This document shows positions 37,143 to 46,542 of a stretch of 61,487 bases of DNA, piece after piece; within the stretch, counting starts at the first letter, position 1; each line of letters opens with the position of its first letter. The notes beneath the pieces are model-generated. The model saw nothing but the letters and a program-made list of their open reading frames with translations, searched no databases and was not told the origin of the DNA. Source of the DNA: Minisyncoccota bacterium. Its GTDB lineage: Bacteria; Patescibacteriota; Minisyncoccia; Phycocordibacterales; UBA9973. The stretch is from the NCBI GenBank assembly GCA_041664605.1, contig JBAYKO010000004.1:1-61487 (forward strand), given 5' to 3'. A program made the position numbers and the translations under genes.

Positions 37143-37736
37143 CTAGCTATTACTTTTTTTGTAAAAAGTAAAAAGTAAAGGGAGAAAAGAAACAAAAATA
37201 ATGACGAGCACAATAGGAAAAATGTATTTATCCACATCTTTAATATAATTTCCTAAAAAATATCCCCCAAAGATCATTATCGCTGTCCAGAAAAATCCAC
37301 CTAAAATATTCCAAAAAATAAAGGTTTTATACTTCATTTTACCAACTCCAGCCATTATCGGTGTAAAAGTTCTCACTATTGGAACAAAACGAGCAAGTGT
37401 TACTGCTTTGTTTCCATATTTTTCAAAAAATTCTGTGGTTTTATCTATATTTTTTTTATTCCAAAAAAATGAGTTTGGCTTGGAAAAAATTTTGGGACCA
37501 ATTTTTTTACCAAAATAATACCCGAAAGAATCACCAAGAAAAGCCATCAAAAAAGACCCTAAAAATAAAATTAAAATATTAAAATGCCCAGCCGAGACCA
37601 AGACTCCGGCAGTAAAAAGTAATGAATCCCCCGGAAGAAAAAATCCAAAGAATAGACCAGACTCCGCAAAAACGAATAATAAAATTCCGATTAATCCAAT
37701 TGTTTCTATTAAAGGTATTATTTCAAAAAAATGCAT
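37143..37736 (-). CDS. DedA/VTT-family membrane protein
   Basis: FAESGLFFGFFLPGDSLLFTAG, GDSFGY, LARFVPIVRTF. Confidence 0.93.
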   Translation of the reverse strand: MHFFEIIPLIETIGLIGILLFVFAESGLFFGFFLPGDSLLFTAGVLVSAGHFNILILFLGSFLMAFLGDSFGYYFGKKIGPKIFSKPNSFFWNKKNIDKTTEFFEKYGNKAVTLARFVPIVRTFTPIMAGVGKMKYKTFIFWNILGGFFWTAIMIFGGYFLGNYIKDVDKYIFPIVLVIIFVSFLPLLFTFYKKSNS

Positions 37737-37737
37737 T

Positions 37738-37779
37738 TGATTAGGTTATAGGTTATAGGTTATAGGGTATAGGTTATAG
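37738..37779 (-). repeat. Period-7 array before the dedA-like start
   Basis: ctataac ctatacc ctataac ctataac ctataac ctaatca aATG. Confidence 0.9.
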
Positions 37780-37787
37780 TAAAAAAT

Positions 37788-38162
37788 CTAAAAATTACGA
37801 AACCTTATACTTCCTGGGTGACCGAAGGTTTCAATTAAAAATTCTTTATCAGTACCAAAAGAAAGTAATTTTACATCAAAATTTTCCATTAAAAACTCCT
37901 TTAGTTTTAAAAACAATTCATTTGCTTTGTTTTTTTCTAGTAAATTATTTGATAAATGAGCGAATGGAAACAAAATAATTTTATTTTTCCCGACATCTTT
38001 GGACATTTTTTCTATTTCTACTCCCACTTTTCCAATATCATCAATTTTGTCGTCTGTTTCAAAACTTATTTGAGCAACAATACAATTATCAAAAATTGAT
38101 TTATCTTCTGATTCATAATTTTGAACTTCAAATTTTTTACAATGATTTAATATGATTTTCAT
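37788..38162 (-). CDS. Free-standing archaeal-type threonyl-tRNA synthetase editing domain
   Basis: MKIILNH, IILFPFAHLS, FGTDKEF..ETFGHP match the archaeal ThrRS N-terminal editing domain pattern (YPYAHLS, FGWYK.F, KGHP). Confidence 0.8.
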   Translation of the reverse strand: MKIILNHCKKFEVQNYESEDKSIFDNCIVAQISFETDDKIDDIGKVGVEIEKMSKDVGKNKIILFPFAHLSNNLLEKNKANELFLKLKEFLMENFDVKLLSFGTDKEFLIETFGHPGSIRFRNF

Positions 38163-38800
38163 ATTTTACTAAAAATATTTATTCTTCTTTCTCCCCAAAG
38201 TTTATAGTTATTTTCTTCTAAAAATTCTTTTACTTTTTTGATATTTTTTTTAGGTTTCATATTTTTATTGAAATCAGACAAAGAATTAAACGACCATTCT
38301 GTTTTACTAAAAAATTCTTTTTTATTTTTAATTTTAGAATCTTTCATAATAAGTTTATATGTTTTTTCTTTCTTGTCTCTCTCATCACCATCAAAACAAT
38401 CAAACATAATTTCTGCATCAAAAAATGGTCCATGGAATCCAGGTTCTATTATAACGATATTTCCCCCCTCTTTCAAAACCCTGTTGACTTCTATTAAGGC
38501 TTTTTTGGGTGATTTCATATGGTGTAAAGAAAGAGTAAAAATCACAACATCAAAACTTTTTAATTTAAATGCTAAATTTTCAGCATTTAAAATTATATAT
38601 TTTATATTTTTTGAACTAAAATTTTTTCTCGCTGAAAGAATATTCTTTTTGTCAGGATCTATGGCGATAATTTTTACTCCTTTGTTTTTAGAAATTTGCT
38701 TTGTTCTAAATCCATCACCACAACCAATTTCTAAAACTCTTTTATTTTTTAGATCAATTTTTTTGAATAATATTTTTAAAAAATTATCTTTTATTTTCAT
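38159..38800 (-). CDS. Class I SAM-dependent methyltransferase
   Basis: VLEIGCGDG, IIAIDP, FDVVIFTLSLHH, RVLKEGG. Confidence 0.9.
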   Translation of the reverse strand: MKIKDNFLKILFKKIDLKNKRVLEIGCGDGFRTKQISKNKGVKIIAIDPDKKNILSARKNFSSKNIKYIILNAENLAFKLKSFDVVIFTLSLHHMKSPKKALIEVNRVLKEGGNIVIIEPGFHGPFFDAEIMFDCFDGDERDKKEKTYKLIMKDSKIKNKKEFFSKTEWSFNSLSDFNKNMKPKKNIKKVKEFLEENNYKLWGERRINIFSKI

Positions 38801-38883
38801 CAGTTTCTTTATTGTCTTCTATCTACGCCATAGCGTAGATTGCTTTATGAACTTTATAACTTTATGAACCTTTTACTAATTAT

Positions 38884-39264
38884 TTATTTTGCTTTAGTTC
38901 CAACTGGAATTTCATCATTCGGTTCAAGTAAGGAAAATTTTCCATCATCAGTAGACACCGCCAAAATCATTCCTTGGCTTTCTAATCCCTTAATTATTCT
39001 TGGTTCTAAATTCACTACAAACATACATTTTTTACCAACTAAAACTGAAATATCTGGAAAAAATTCTGAAATACCAGAAACTATCTGCCTTGGTTTATCC
39101 TCAGCCATATCAACTTCTAGTTTTAGTAATTTATCCGTCTCTGGAACTTTCTCAACTGATAAAATCTTCCCAACCCTTAGATCTAATTTACTAAAATCAT
39201 CTATTGTAATCAGATTTGATTTTTTTGAATTATCTTCTATTTTATTTTTATTTTCTTCTTCCAT
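38884..39264 (-). CDS. Stand-alone tRNA-binding OB-fold domain (MetRS C-terminal/Trbp111/CsaA-like)
   Basis: ITIDDFSKLDLRVGKI, TDKLLKLEVD, RQIVSGI, NLEPR..KGLESQGMIL. Confidence 0.92.
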   Translation of the reverse strand: MEEENKNKIEDNSKKSNLITIDDFSKLDLRVGKILSVEKVPETDKLLKLEVDMAEDKPRQIVSGISEFFPDISVLVGKKCMFVVNLEPRIIKGLESQGMILAVSTDDGKFSLLEPNDEIPVGTKAK

Positions 39265-39270
39265 ATATTT

Positions 39271-39729
39271 TTATTTGAATTTATTTTTATCAAGATAACG
39301 CTGAAGGATAATGGCTGCGGCCAAATCATCTACTTCTTGCCCTGCGTAGCCTTGGCGGAGGAGGGTTTTTTTATCATTTATCTTTTTTATTTTTTTTGCA
39401 TTATTCCTTTCTTTTCCGTCTCTGCCTCGAGCCTCAACTGAAGTCATAAATTCTTTTTCAAAAACGATTGGCAGATTTGTCTCATTTTCCAATAATTCTC
39501 TGAAAGAAATTATACTCTCCATTATTTTATTTTGCTCACCATTTCCGTTTTCTGATTCCCCTATAACTATTTCCCCTATTTCCTCTTTCTGGCAAATTTT
39601 CTTAATATTTTCCAAAAGGTTACTATCATTTTTTAATATTTCTTTTGGAAAAGCTAGTGTTCCTCCTTCATCGGAAGTAGCAATACCAACCCTCTTTGTA
39701 CCAAAATCAATACCTAAAAATCTTGTCAT
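39271..39729 (-). CDS. ruvX: RuvX/YqgF Holliday junction resolvase-like nuclease (start revised to 39729)
   Basis: RFLGIDFGTKRVGIATSD, IVIGES, EFMTSVEA, DDLAAAIILQRYLD. Confidence 0.93.
   Translation of the reverse strand: MTRFLGIDFGTKRVGIATSDEGGTLAFPKEILKNDSNLLENIKKICQKEEIGEIVIGESENGNGEQNKIMESIISFRELLENETNLPIVFEKEFMTSVEARGRDGKERNNAKKIKKINDKKTLLRQGYAGQEVDDLAAAIILQRYLDKNKFK
39336..39364 (+). repeat. CCTGCCC-family element in frame in ruvX, opposite orientation (LLRQGYAGQ)
   Basis: cttgccctgcgtagccttggcggaggagg; 23/29 identical to the argS copy. Confidence 0.8.
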
Positions 39730-39807
39730 ATAGGTATATACTAACATGTTTATACACCTCTTTAAAATATTGTTTTGATATTAATTTTTTGTTACAATTA
39801 ACACATT

Positions 39808-40053
39808 ATGATGAACACATTATCACAAAACCCTTGGTTTTTATTACTAGCATTACTTTGGATATTACCATGGAAGGGATATGCTCTTTGGACTGCCTCA
39901 AAAAAGAGTCATAGAGTTTGGTTTGTAGTGCTTCTTTTGGTAAACACCATAGGAATACTAGATATCTTTTATATCTTCTATGTTGCAAAAAGAAATTGGA
40001 AAGATATTAAAAGAATAGTAATGAAACCAAAAACAGAAAACTCAAAAGATTAG
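39808..40053 (+). CDS. Small membrane protein (DUF5652-like)
   Basis: LWILPWKGYALW.A......WF..LL.VNT.GIL.I.YIF; extended -10 TGtTACAAT. Confidence 0.8.
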   Translation: MMNTLSQNPWFLLLALLWILPWKGYALWTASKKSHRVWFVVLLLVNTIGILDIFYIFYVAKRNWKDIKRIVMKPKTENSKD

Positions 40054-40074
40054 AAATTAAAAAAATCCTCCGAC

Positions 40075-40509
40075 CTAACGTCGGATGATTTTTTTAATAT
40101 TATCTATTATTATCCACGCTGACATATTTCCAAAACCTTTTTTATTAATATTAAATGGTTTTATTTTTGCGGGGTCAGAAAGAAAAATTAATAAACAGTA
40201 TTTTTTATCTTTAAATCTTTCAAAAAACTTTCTATTTTTTTCTTTCTCTATACCAATATACTCTCCGTATTTATTTAAAATTTCTTTTACTTTCTTTTGA
40301 TTTAAGTCAGAAAATTGCAAAACTTTTGAAACTTTTGCCTTAATAGTTACTGATTCGCCGGAATTTTTAAAATAAACAATATCTCCATTTTTTATTTTAT
40401 CCCAGGGAGAACATTTGTTTTTATACCATCGAGATTCTATTGTTTTTTCTTTATTCAAAATCTTAGGCAAAAGTCCCCAAGATTTTTTTATAATAGCAAT
40501 ATGATACAT
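40075..40509 (-). CDS. ASCH/PUA-like domain protein
   Basis: IL..EKTIESR, GDIVYFK. Confidence 0.75.
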   Translation of the reverse strand: MYHIAIIKKSWGLLPKILNKEKTIESRWYKNKCSPWDKIKNGDIVYFKNSGESVTIKAKVSKVLQFSDLNQKKVKEILNKYGEYIGIEKEKNRKFFERFKDKKYCLLIFLSDPAKIKPFNINKKGFGNMSAWIIIDNIKKIIRR

Positions 40510-40520
40510 ATTATTAATTT

Positions 40521-41732
40521 CTATTCATATCTTAAGGCTTCAATTGGATTTAATTTTGAAGCTCTTCTGGCTGGATAATAACCAAAAATAATTCCTATTA
40601 CTGTTGAGACACCGAAAGCAAGTAGCACAGAAGAAAAGGAAACTTGTGTTTTTATTATTCCTAAAGATGTAATAGTAAAAGAAACTAGCCACCCCAAAAT
40701 GACACCCGCCAAACCACCAGAGAAAGTTAAGACAATGGCTTCTATTAAAAATTGATTATTAATATCTCTTCTCTTTGCCCCAACCGCTTTTCTTAAACCA
40801 ATTTCACGAGTTCTCTCTGTTACAGTAGTTAGCATCATATTCATAATCCCAATTCCACCAACTAAAAGAGAGATGCCGGCAATAGAAGCTAAAAATATTG
40901 TGAAAGTATCAATAACTTGAGTTAGTGTACTTAATATATCTGCTTGAGACATTACAGAAAAATCAGCTTCTTCAACATTATGTTTTCGTAATAAAGCATC
41001 AGTTAACTCTTGTTTAACAATTGCCATTTGATCTTTATCTACTACCGCAACAGACATCGAAGATAGGTAATCAGCCCCTGCTAAAACTTTTTGCATAGTA
41101 CTTAATGGAACAATTACTATATCGTCTGGATTAACAAAACCAGAACCACCTTTTGTTTCTAAAATTCCAATAACTTTAAAATTTACTTTGTTTATGCGAA
41201 TTGTTTTATTTATTGGATCATCTTCATCAAAAAGATCAGTCGCGGTGGTAGAACCCAAGACAGCAACTTTTGCTAAACTTCTTTCATTAGCTTCACTTAT
41301 AAAATTACCAGTTTGAGTATCAGTATTATGAACAGTTCCGTAATTACTAGTTGTTCCCGTAACAGTAGTGTTAGTATTATTTCCACTTTGAGAAATAATT
41401 TGAAAACGCCTCTGAAGTTCTGGGGAGATATTAGTAATACCAGAAATTTGTAAAAGTACATCAACATCTTCACTTTTTAAGTTCTGAGCAGAACCACGAC
41501 CAGAGGAAACTATCCCTCGTCCTGGTTGAATAACTCCTGGATAAACATAAATCAAATTAGATCCTAACCCTTCGATACTCGCTTGTATTGAAGATTGAGC
41601 GCCTTGCCCAATTGCCGTCATAGCAATAACAGATGCTATCCCAATAACAATACCGAGCATAGTAAGTCCGGTTCTAGCCTTGTTTGCCGACAATGATGTA
41701 AATGTTTCTCTAAATATATCTGTTAATTTCAT
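40521..41732 (-). CDS. ABC transporter permease, MacB/FtsX family (start revised to 41732)
   Basis: LTMLGIVIGIASVIAM, ISLLVGGIGIMNMML.TVTERTREIGLRKAVGA, LNPIEALRYE. Confidence 0.95.
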   Translation of the reverse strand: MKLTDIFRETFTSLSANKARTGLTMLGIVIGIASVIAMTAIGQGAQSSIQASIEGLGSNLIYVYPGVIQPGRGIVSSGRGSAQNLKSEDVDVLLQISGITNISPELQRRFQIISQSGNNTNTTVTGTTSNYGTVHNTDTQTGNFISEANERSLAKVAVLGSTTATDLFDEDDPINKTIRINKVNFKVIGILETKGGSGFVNPDDIVIVPLSTMQKVLAGADYLSSMSVAVVDKDQMAIVKQELTDALLRKHNVEEADFSVMSQADILSTLTQVIDTFTIFLASIAGISLLVGGIGIMNMMLTTVTERTREIGLRKAVGAKRRDINNQFLIEAIVLTFSGGLAGVILGWLVSFTITSLGIIKTQVSFSSVLLAFGVSTVIGIIFGYYPARRASKLNPIEALRYE

Positions 41733-41750
41733 TTTTTTCTTTACTAACAA

Positions 41751-41778
41751 CTAGAGCCTAGCCACTAGTACCTAATTA
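41751..41778 (+). repeat. Period-7 CTAG array anchored on the ATPase stop
   Basis: ctagagc ctagcca ctagtac ctaatta. Confidence 0.75.
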
Positions 41779-42474
41779 TATTATTCTTCTTGTATGATTC
41801 CTCCCATCTTCGAATATCTGACCATCTTTAATAAAAATAATTCTCTCTGCGTGTTCTGCTACATCTCTTTCATGAGTTATAAGAATTATTGTTCTTCCTT
41901 GTTCTCTATTTAATCTTTGAAAAGTTTCCAATACAACTTCCCCTGTTTTTGTGTCTAAATTTCCAGTTGGCTCGTCAGCTAAAATTAAAGTTGGATTATT
42001 TACTAGTGCTCTTGCGATAGCAACGCGTTGAATTTGTCCCCCAGAAAGTTGATTGGATAAATGATTAAAATGACTTTCATCAAATCCTGCTGAATATAGT
42101 GATTCTTTGGCTCTTTGTTCTTTTTCTTCTTCTCCTACTCCTTTATAAACAAGTGGTAACATTACATTTCTCAAGACAGTAGTTCTTGGTAATAGATTAA
42201 ATGATTGAAAAACAAATCCAATTTTATTTTTTCTAATATCTGCTAATTCATCGTCAGATAAAGTAGAAACATCTTTTCCGTCTAAAAAATATTTTCCATC
42301 TGTTGGAGTATCAAGTGCTCCTAAAATATGCATCATTGTAGATTTTCCAGAACCAGACGGCCCCATAATCGCAACAAATTCCCCGTCTTCAATAGAAAAA
42401 CTAACATCATCTAATGCACGAAGTTCTTCAACTCCTGTTTTATATATTTTTGTAATATTTTTTACTTCAATCAT
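41776..42474 (-). CDS. ABC transporter ATP-binding protein (MacB/LolD-like)
   Basis: GPSGSGKST, LSGGQIQR, ILADEPTGNLD, ITH. Confidence 0.96.
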   Translation of the reverse strand: MIEVKNITKIYKTGVEELRALDDVSFSIEDGEFVAIMGPSGSGKSTMMHILGALDTPTDGKYFLDGKDVSTLSDDELADIRKNKIGFVFQSFNLLPRTTVLRNVMLPLVYKGVGEEEKEQRAKESLYSAGFDESHFNHLSNQLSGGQIQRVAIARALVNNPTLILADEPTGNLDTKTGEVVLETFQRLNREQGRTIILITHERDVAEHAERIIFIKDGQIFEDGRNHTRRII

Positions 42475-42476
42475 TT

Positions 42477-42511
42477 GAATTAGGTTCTAGTTTCTAGTAG
42501 CTAGGTTCTAG
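42477..42511 (-). repeat. Period-7 CTAG array before the ATPase start
   Basis: ctagaac ctagcta ctagaaa ctagaac ctaattc aaATG. Confidence 0.85.
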
Positions 42512-42522
42512 TCTTTAATAGA

Positions 42523-44295
42523 CTATTTAGAAGAACTTCTTGTTGCTGGTCCACCTCCAAACATACTTGGAGCTTGTGTTGTTGTCTTAGTTTTAGATGT
42601 TGCTGGGATAATGGTTTTTTGGATAATTTGATCTCCTTCATTAAGACCAGAGACAATTTCTGTATCAGTATCATTAGAAATACCTATCTCTACTGTTTGT
42701 TGTGTTGGAATCTCTGAAGATGCAATTCCTTGAACTGTTTTGCTTGTATTTTTCTCAGTAGCAATTAATGGTACTGTAAATATTTCAATATAATTAGATC
42801 CGTTTAAAGATTTTACAGAATTATTTGGAACAATTAAAACATCTTGCCTAATATCTGTAATGATTGACGCACTAACACTCATTCCAGATTTTACTCTGTC
42901 ATCCTGTGTGTCAAAAATTATTTTTACATTATAAGTAACAACGCCCTGACTATTTGTTCCAATAGAATCTATTTCTGAAACCTCACCTGTAATAGATAGG
43001 TCTTCTATTGCATCAAATGTTAAGGTTGTTTTTTGTCCAATTTTTATTTTAGCAATATCGATTTCATTAAGAGAAATTTCTGCAATTTTTTGTTTTGTTA
43101 TTAAAGTTCCCACTGTTCCGCCGTTTAAAACACTGTCTGATTTTTTAACATCAATAGAAGCGATTGTCCCATCAAAAGGAGCTCGTATTGAATAGTCAGC
43201 TAATTTATCTTTTGCATCTTGTAGAGTATTTTGTTTTTGTTCGATACTTAGTTTCTTTGATTCAACATCAATTTCATCAGCTCCGTCTTTCAAATCAGCC
43301 AGTGATTGGGTTTTTTCTGGAACTGTATATTTAGTATTATTGTAGATTGTGTTTTTAATATTTAAAAGACTAGTCAAATTTGTATTTGTTTTTGTGGTAT
43401 ATCCACTAAGAGATGTTAGGTGAGTGTAGGATACTGCAATAGGAGTTAGATCAAGACTGGTTTTTCTGTCTTGATAAAATTGGATTAAGTTTGTAGAACT
43501 CTTAACAGCTTCTGCAATTAATTTTGTTGTATCGTAAGTTTCATTAATTAAATTCTCTACTACTATAGTATCTGAATATCTTGTAGTGTTTTTATAATCA
43601 GAAAAATTTTTATCGTAAGCTGTTTTTGCAAGATTAAATTTATTTACTGCATCTTCTTTATATTGATATGATTTTCCATCATCATTATTTACTAAACGAG
43701 CTTCACTGGCATAATAGTCTGCGTTCCATTGGCCTGTATTACCACTTAAATCACCTGAAAATAAAATACCATCAACCCCAGTAATTACATTTGGGAGGTC
43801 TATAAAAGCATTGGCAACAGCATTAAAACCATCATCATACCCTTTTATTAAATCGTTCTGTGCTTGAGTTAATGCGTTTTGTGCTTGAAGTAAGGAGAGT
43901 GCGTCAGCTGGCTTTTGAAGTTTTTCTAAATCAAGTAACGCCGTTTTAAGGCTTAATTCAGCGTCTCTAACAGTCTTTCTGGCATCCTTACTGTTTAATT
44001 GAATAACCAAATCTCCAGCCTTAACTTCTTGTCCATTTTTTACATTAATAGACAAAACATCTCCTCCTACTTTTGATTTAAGGCTAATTTGATTTTCAAC
44101 AGAAACTTGACCAGTTCCCGAAACAGAAGCAATAATAGTTCCTTTTTTAACATTAGATACAATATAACGAGTTTGATCTTCTCTATTTCCCTTAAAAATA
44201 AAATAGAGCCCCCCAACAACCACTATTAATATAATAATGCTAATAATTTTATGTTTTACAATAAATTTTTTTGTCTTTTTAATTAAATTTTTCAT
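42523..44295 (-). CDS. Membrane fusion protein (HlyD/MacA-like periplasmic adaptor) with long coiled coil
   Basis: N-terminal TM helix, IRAPFDGTI, GVVTYNV, VKSGMSV, IGISND..TEI.SGL.EGD. Confidence 0.92.
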   Translation of the reverse strand: MKNLIKKTKKFIVKHKIISIIILIVVVGGLYFIFKGNREDQTRYIVSNVKKGTIIASVSGTGQVSVENQISLKSKVGGDVLSINVKNGQEVKAGDLVIQLNSKDARKTVRDAELSLKTALLDLEKLQKPADALSLLQAQNALTQAQNDLIKGYDDGFNAVANAFIDLPNVITGVDGILFSGDLSGNTGQWNADYYASEARLVNNDDGKSYQYKEDAVNKFNLAKTAYDKNFSDYKNTTRYSDTIVVENLINETYDTTKLIAEAVKSSTNLIQFYQDRKTSLDLTPIAVSYTHLTSLSGYTTKTNTNLTSLLNIKNTIYNNTKYTVPEKTQSLADLKDGADEIDVESKKLSIEQKQNTLQDAKDKLADYSIRAPFDGTIASIDVKKSDSVLNGGTVGTLITKQKIAEISLNEIDIAKIKIGQKTTLTFDAIEDLSITGEVSEIDSIGTNSQGVVTYNVKIIFDTQDDRVKSGMSVSASIITDIRQDVLIVPNNSVKSLNGSNYIEIFTVPLIATEKNTSKTVQGIASSEIPTQQTVEIGISNDTDTEIVSGLNEGDQIIQKTIIPATSKTKTTTQAPSMFGGGPATRSSSK

Positions 44296-44416
44296 ACAAA
44301 AGTTACGCGAATTAGTTTAATAAGTCATATATACACATAACTATAACCCCAACTTAATATAAAAGCAAAAATAAAAAAATCTCCACTTAATGAAAACTTA
44401 ATGTTTAAAAACTAGC

Positions 44417-44860
44417 TTAAATTCCTTTCTTTGAAATAAGATCTGAGACTAATTTATATATTTTTTGATACGCATTTTCATAATAAATCTCATCATTAGA
44501 AAATCCTGTTGGGTTTTCAACCTGCCACCATATTACACTTTTGTCATTTTTTAAAAAATCCGGAATAAATGGCTCTTCTGCCATAGAAACCACGATATCA
44601 AACTGATCAATCATTTCTGGTAATAATTTTTTTGTCACTTTATCATCAAGATTCATTCCATGAGATTTCATCACATTTAAAAAAGATAAATTTTGTTTAA
44701 ACAAATCTTTTAAAACTTGTCCTTCTGGTTCGTCTACTGCCCCAACATAAGTTCCAACAGAAAAAGCATCATTACTTTTTGTAATTTGATTATAAATGGC
44801 TTCTGCTGTTTGGCTTCTAAACCAATTTCCTTTGCAAATAAATAAGACTTTTTTGTTCAT
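44417..44860 (-). CDS. Low-molecular-weight phosphatase / ArsC family
   Basis: VLFICKGNWFRSQTAE, WQVENP. Confidence 0.85.
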   Translation of the reverse strand: MNKKVLFICKGNWFRSQTAEAIYNQITKSNDAFSVGTYVGAVDEPEGQVLKDLFKQNLSFLNVMKSHGMNLDDKVTKKLLPEMIDQFDIVVSMAEEPFIPDFLKNDKSVIWWQVENPTGFSNDEIYYENAYQKIYKLVSDLISKKGI

Positions 44861-44866
44861 AATTTT

Positions 44867-45643
44867 TTAGAGATATGGTTCGCCATTTAACATTTCTTCT
44901 GCAAAATCAGAATGATTTTTTAATGCCCATTTATGACTTATTGTTTTTAAATCATCTAGTGTCAAACCAAGATCTTTAATAAACGGTTTTATTTGTTTAA
45001 TAGCAAAAGCCCAAGCGTTCCTTTCTGATCTAAAATAAATATCAATTTGTTCTTTGGTTAAATACTTGTGATCATCTAGGCTTCTTGTACTCGTAGGAAA
45101 TTCTTTTAATTTAACTTTAGATAATTCATCATTAGAGTGACCTATTTCATGTAATGCAATAATTATTCCAATTGGGGTACTTAAGTCACCCCTAAAAACA
45201 ACAGAGTTTGTCTCATGTTCATAATTTCCTCCCCCTTCACCATTAGATTTTGCAGGTTCTGGTGGAACTTTTGCAAAAAATTCTGAATTATTATAAATTA
45301 TTTTTTTGAAATTAATTTCTGAATTTTTATTTTTTAAAACAAAATTTTCTAAAGTTTTATATTTTTGTGGTTCTAAACGCATCACTTCAAGAAGATGTTG
45401 TTTTTCCTTTGAAAACTTAGAAATTTCTTCAGTATCATGAAAAAACAAATCTTCTGGTCCTTTTCCATAAGAAACTTCTAAATTTAAATTTTCGTTTTTA
45501 GACTCAAATTTATTTTCTTCAATTTGTTTTAATTCACCAATTGGTTTATTTAATTTCAACATTAAAATATCAAAATCTTCTTTTGATGTTCCTTCGTTTT
45601 CCAATTTTATTTTATTTTTATTTAATTCAATTTTTTCAGACAT
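44867..45643 (-). CDS. Hypothetical protein with HExxH motif
   Basis: IALHEIGH and SERNAWAFA. Confidence 0.65.
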   Translation of the reverse strand: MSEKIELNKNKIKLENEGTSKEDFDILMLKLNKPIGELKQIEENKFESKNENLNLEVSYGKGPEDLFFHDTEEISKFSKEKQHLLEVMRLEPQKYKTLENFVLKNKNSEINFKKIIYNNSEFFAKVPPEPAKSNGEGGGNYEHETNSVVFRGDLSTPIGIIIALHEIGHSNDELSKVKLKEFPTSTRSLDDHKYLTKEQIDIYFRSERNAWAFAIKQIKPFIKDLGLTLDDLKTISHKWALKNHSDFAEEMLNGEPYL

Positions 45644-45644
45644 A

Positions 45645-46421
45645 TTATTTACTATTTTTCCAAAGATTATTAAATATGACTTTGTAATTATTGGCTAAAT
45701 GTTGATTAACTATTTTAATACCAACTAAATTATTATTTTCCATCGATAAAATACTAACAATATCTCCGATAATATACAAAGCAAATTTATCAACAGAGTT
45801 TCCAGAAGATAAATGTTTTATTTCCAATCCTTTTCTTGATTTGTAATAGTCTGACTTTTTCTTTTCCAGAATAGAATTATTTATTAGTAATTTAGTTTTT
45901 ATATTTTTTTCTTGTCTAATTTTTTTAACTTTTCCATGCCAATCCTGACTAAAAACAAAACGCCAATCATCTTGCCAAACAAACTCATCTCTAATAATTA
46001 GCATGGTTTCCCCCAATTGAGATTGACGCAACATTGAAGTATAAATTTTTCTTAACCCATCTTGCCCTTCAAACACAACAATTTCTGGAATATTTATAAT
46101 TTTTCTATTTAATGTTTTCAAATTTAGGTCTATTTCATCTAAAACTTTTTTCTTTTTTTCCAGTTCTACTTCTTCATTTTTTATTAATTGTTTTAAAGAA
46201 TCTAAATCTTCAGCAATAAACTGTTTTATATCATTCTTATAAGAGGTACCAACTAGTCCTTTGCTTATTAAACTACTTAGTGCTGTATATGCACTACTTC
46301 TAGAGAGGTGACACTTTTTAGCAATACTTGTTGCATTCAATGGCGAATTTAATAAAAGCACAGAATAAATTGATGATTCATGATCTCTTAATCCTAATGA
46401 TTTTAATTTTTCTTCTAACAT
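45645..46421 (-). CDS. TrmB-family transcriptional regulator
   Basis: N-terminal wHTH (LGL...E..IY..LL...A..IAK...LSRSSAY..L..L..KGLV); VVFEG.DGL; C-terminal PLD-like sensor pattern (YIIGDIVSI). Confidence 0.9.
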   Translation of the reverse strand: MLEEKLKSLGLRDHESSIYSVLLLNSPLNATSIAKKCHLSRSSAYTALSSLISKGLVGTSYKNDIKQFIAEDLDSLKQLIKNEEVELEKKKKVLDEIDLNLKTLNRKIINIPEIVVFEGQDGLRKIYTSMLRQSQLGETMLIIRDEFVWQDDWRFVFSQDWHGKVKKIRQEKNIKTKLLINNSILEKKKSDYYKSRKGLEIKHLSSGNSVDKFALYIIGDIVSILSMENNNLVGIKIVNQHLANNYKVIFNNLWKNSK

Positions 46422-46456
46422 TGTTATTTTTGATTAAATTTTTATGAAAAAAATAC

Positions 46457-46477
46457 TGTCGTCGTAATTGTACGACA
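46457..46477. promoter_or_regulatory. Palindromic operator candidate between the divergent TrmB and radical SAM genes
   Basis: GTCGTA-attg-TACGAC; downstream TATACT (46502-46507) and SD AAGGAGG. Confidence 0.55.
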
Positions 46478-46542
46478 ACTGGTACATTTTTGCAAGTATA
46501 ATATACTTAGCTTAGAAGTTCATTAAAAACAAGGAGGATATT

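Noticed and set aside
38238-38867. 209-aa + strand ORF
   Set aside because: Antisense shadow of the methyltransferase; its Phe/Ile/Ser bias mirrors Lys/Glu codons.
40521-44295. ABC exporter as a RiPP export system for the radical SAM gene
   Set aside because: It is a generic MacAB-like trio, separated by other genes, with no peptidase domain or precursor.
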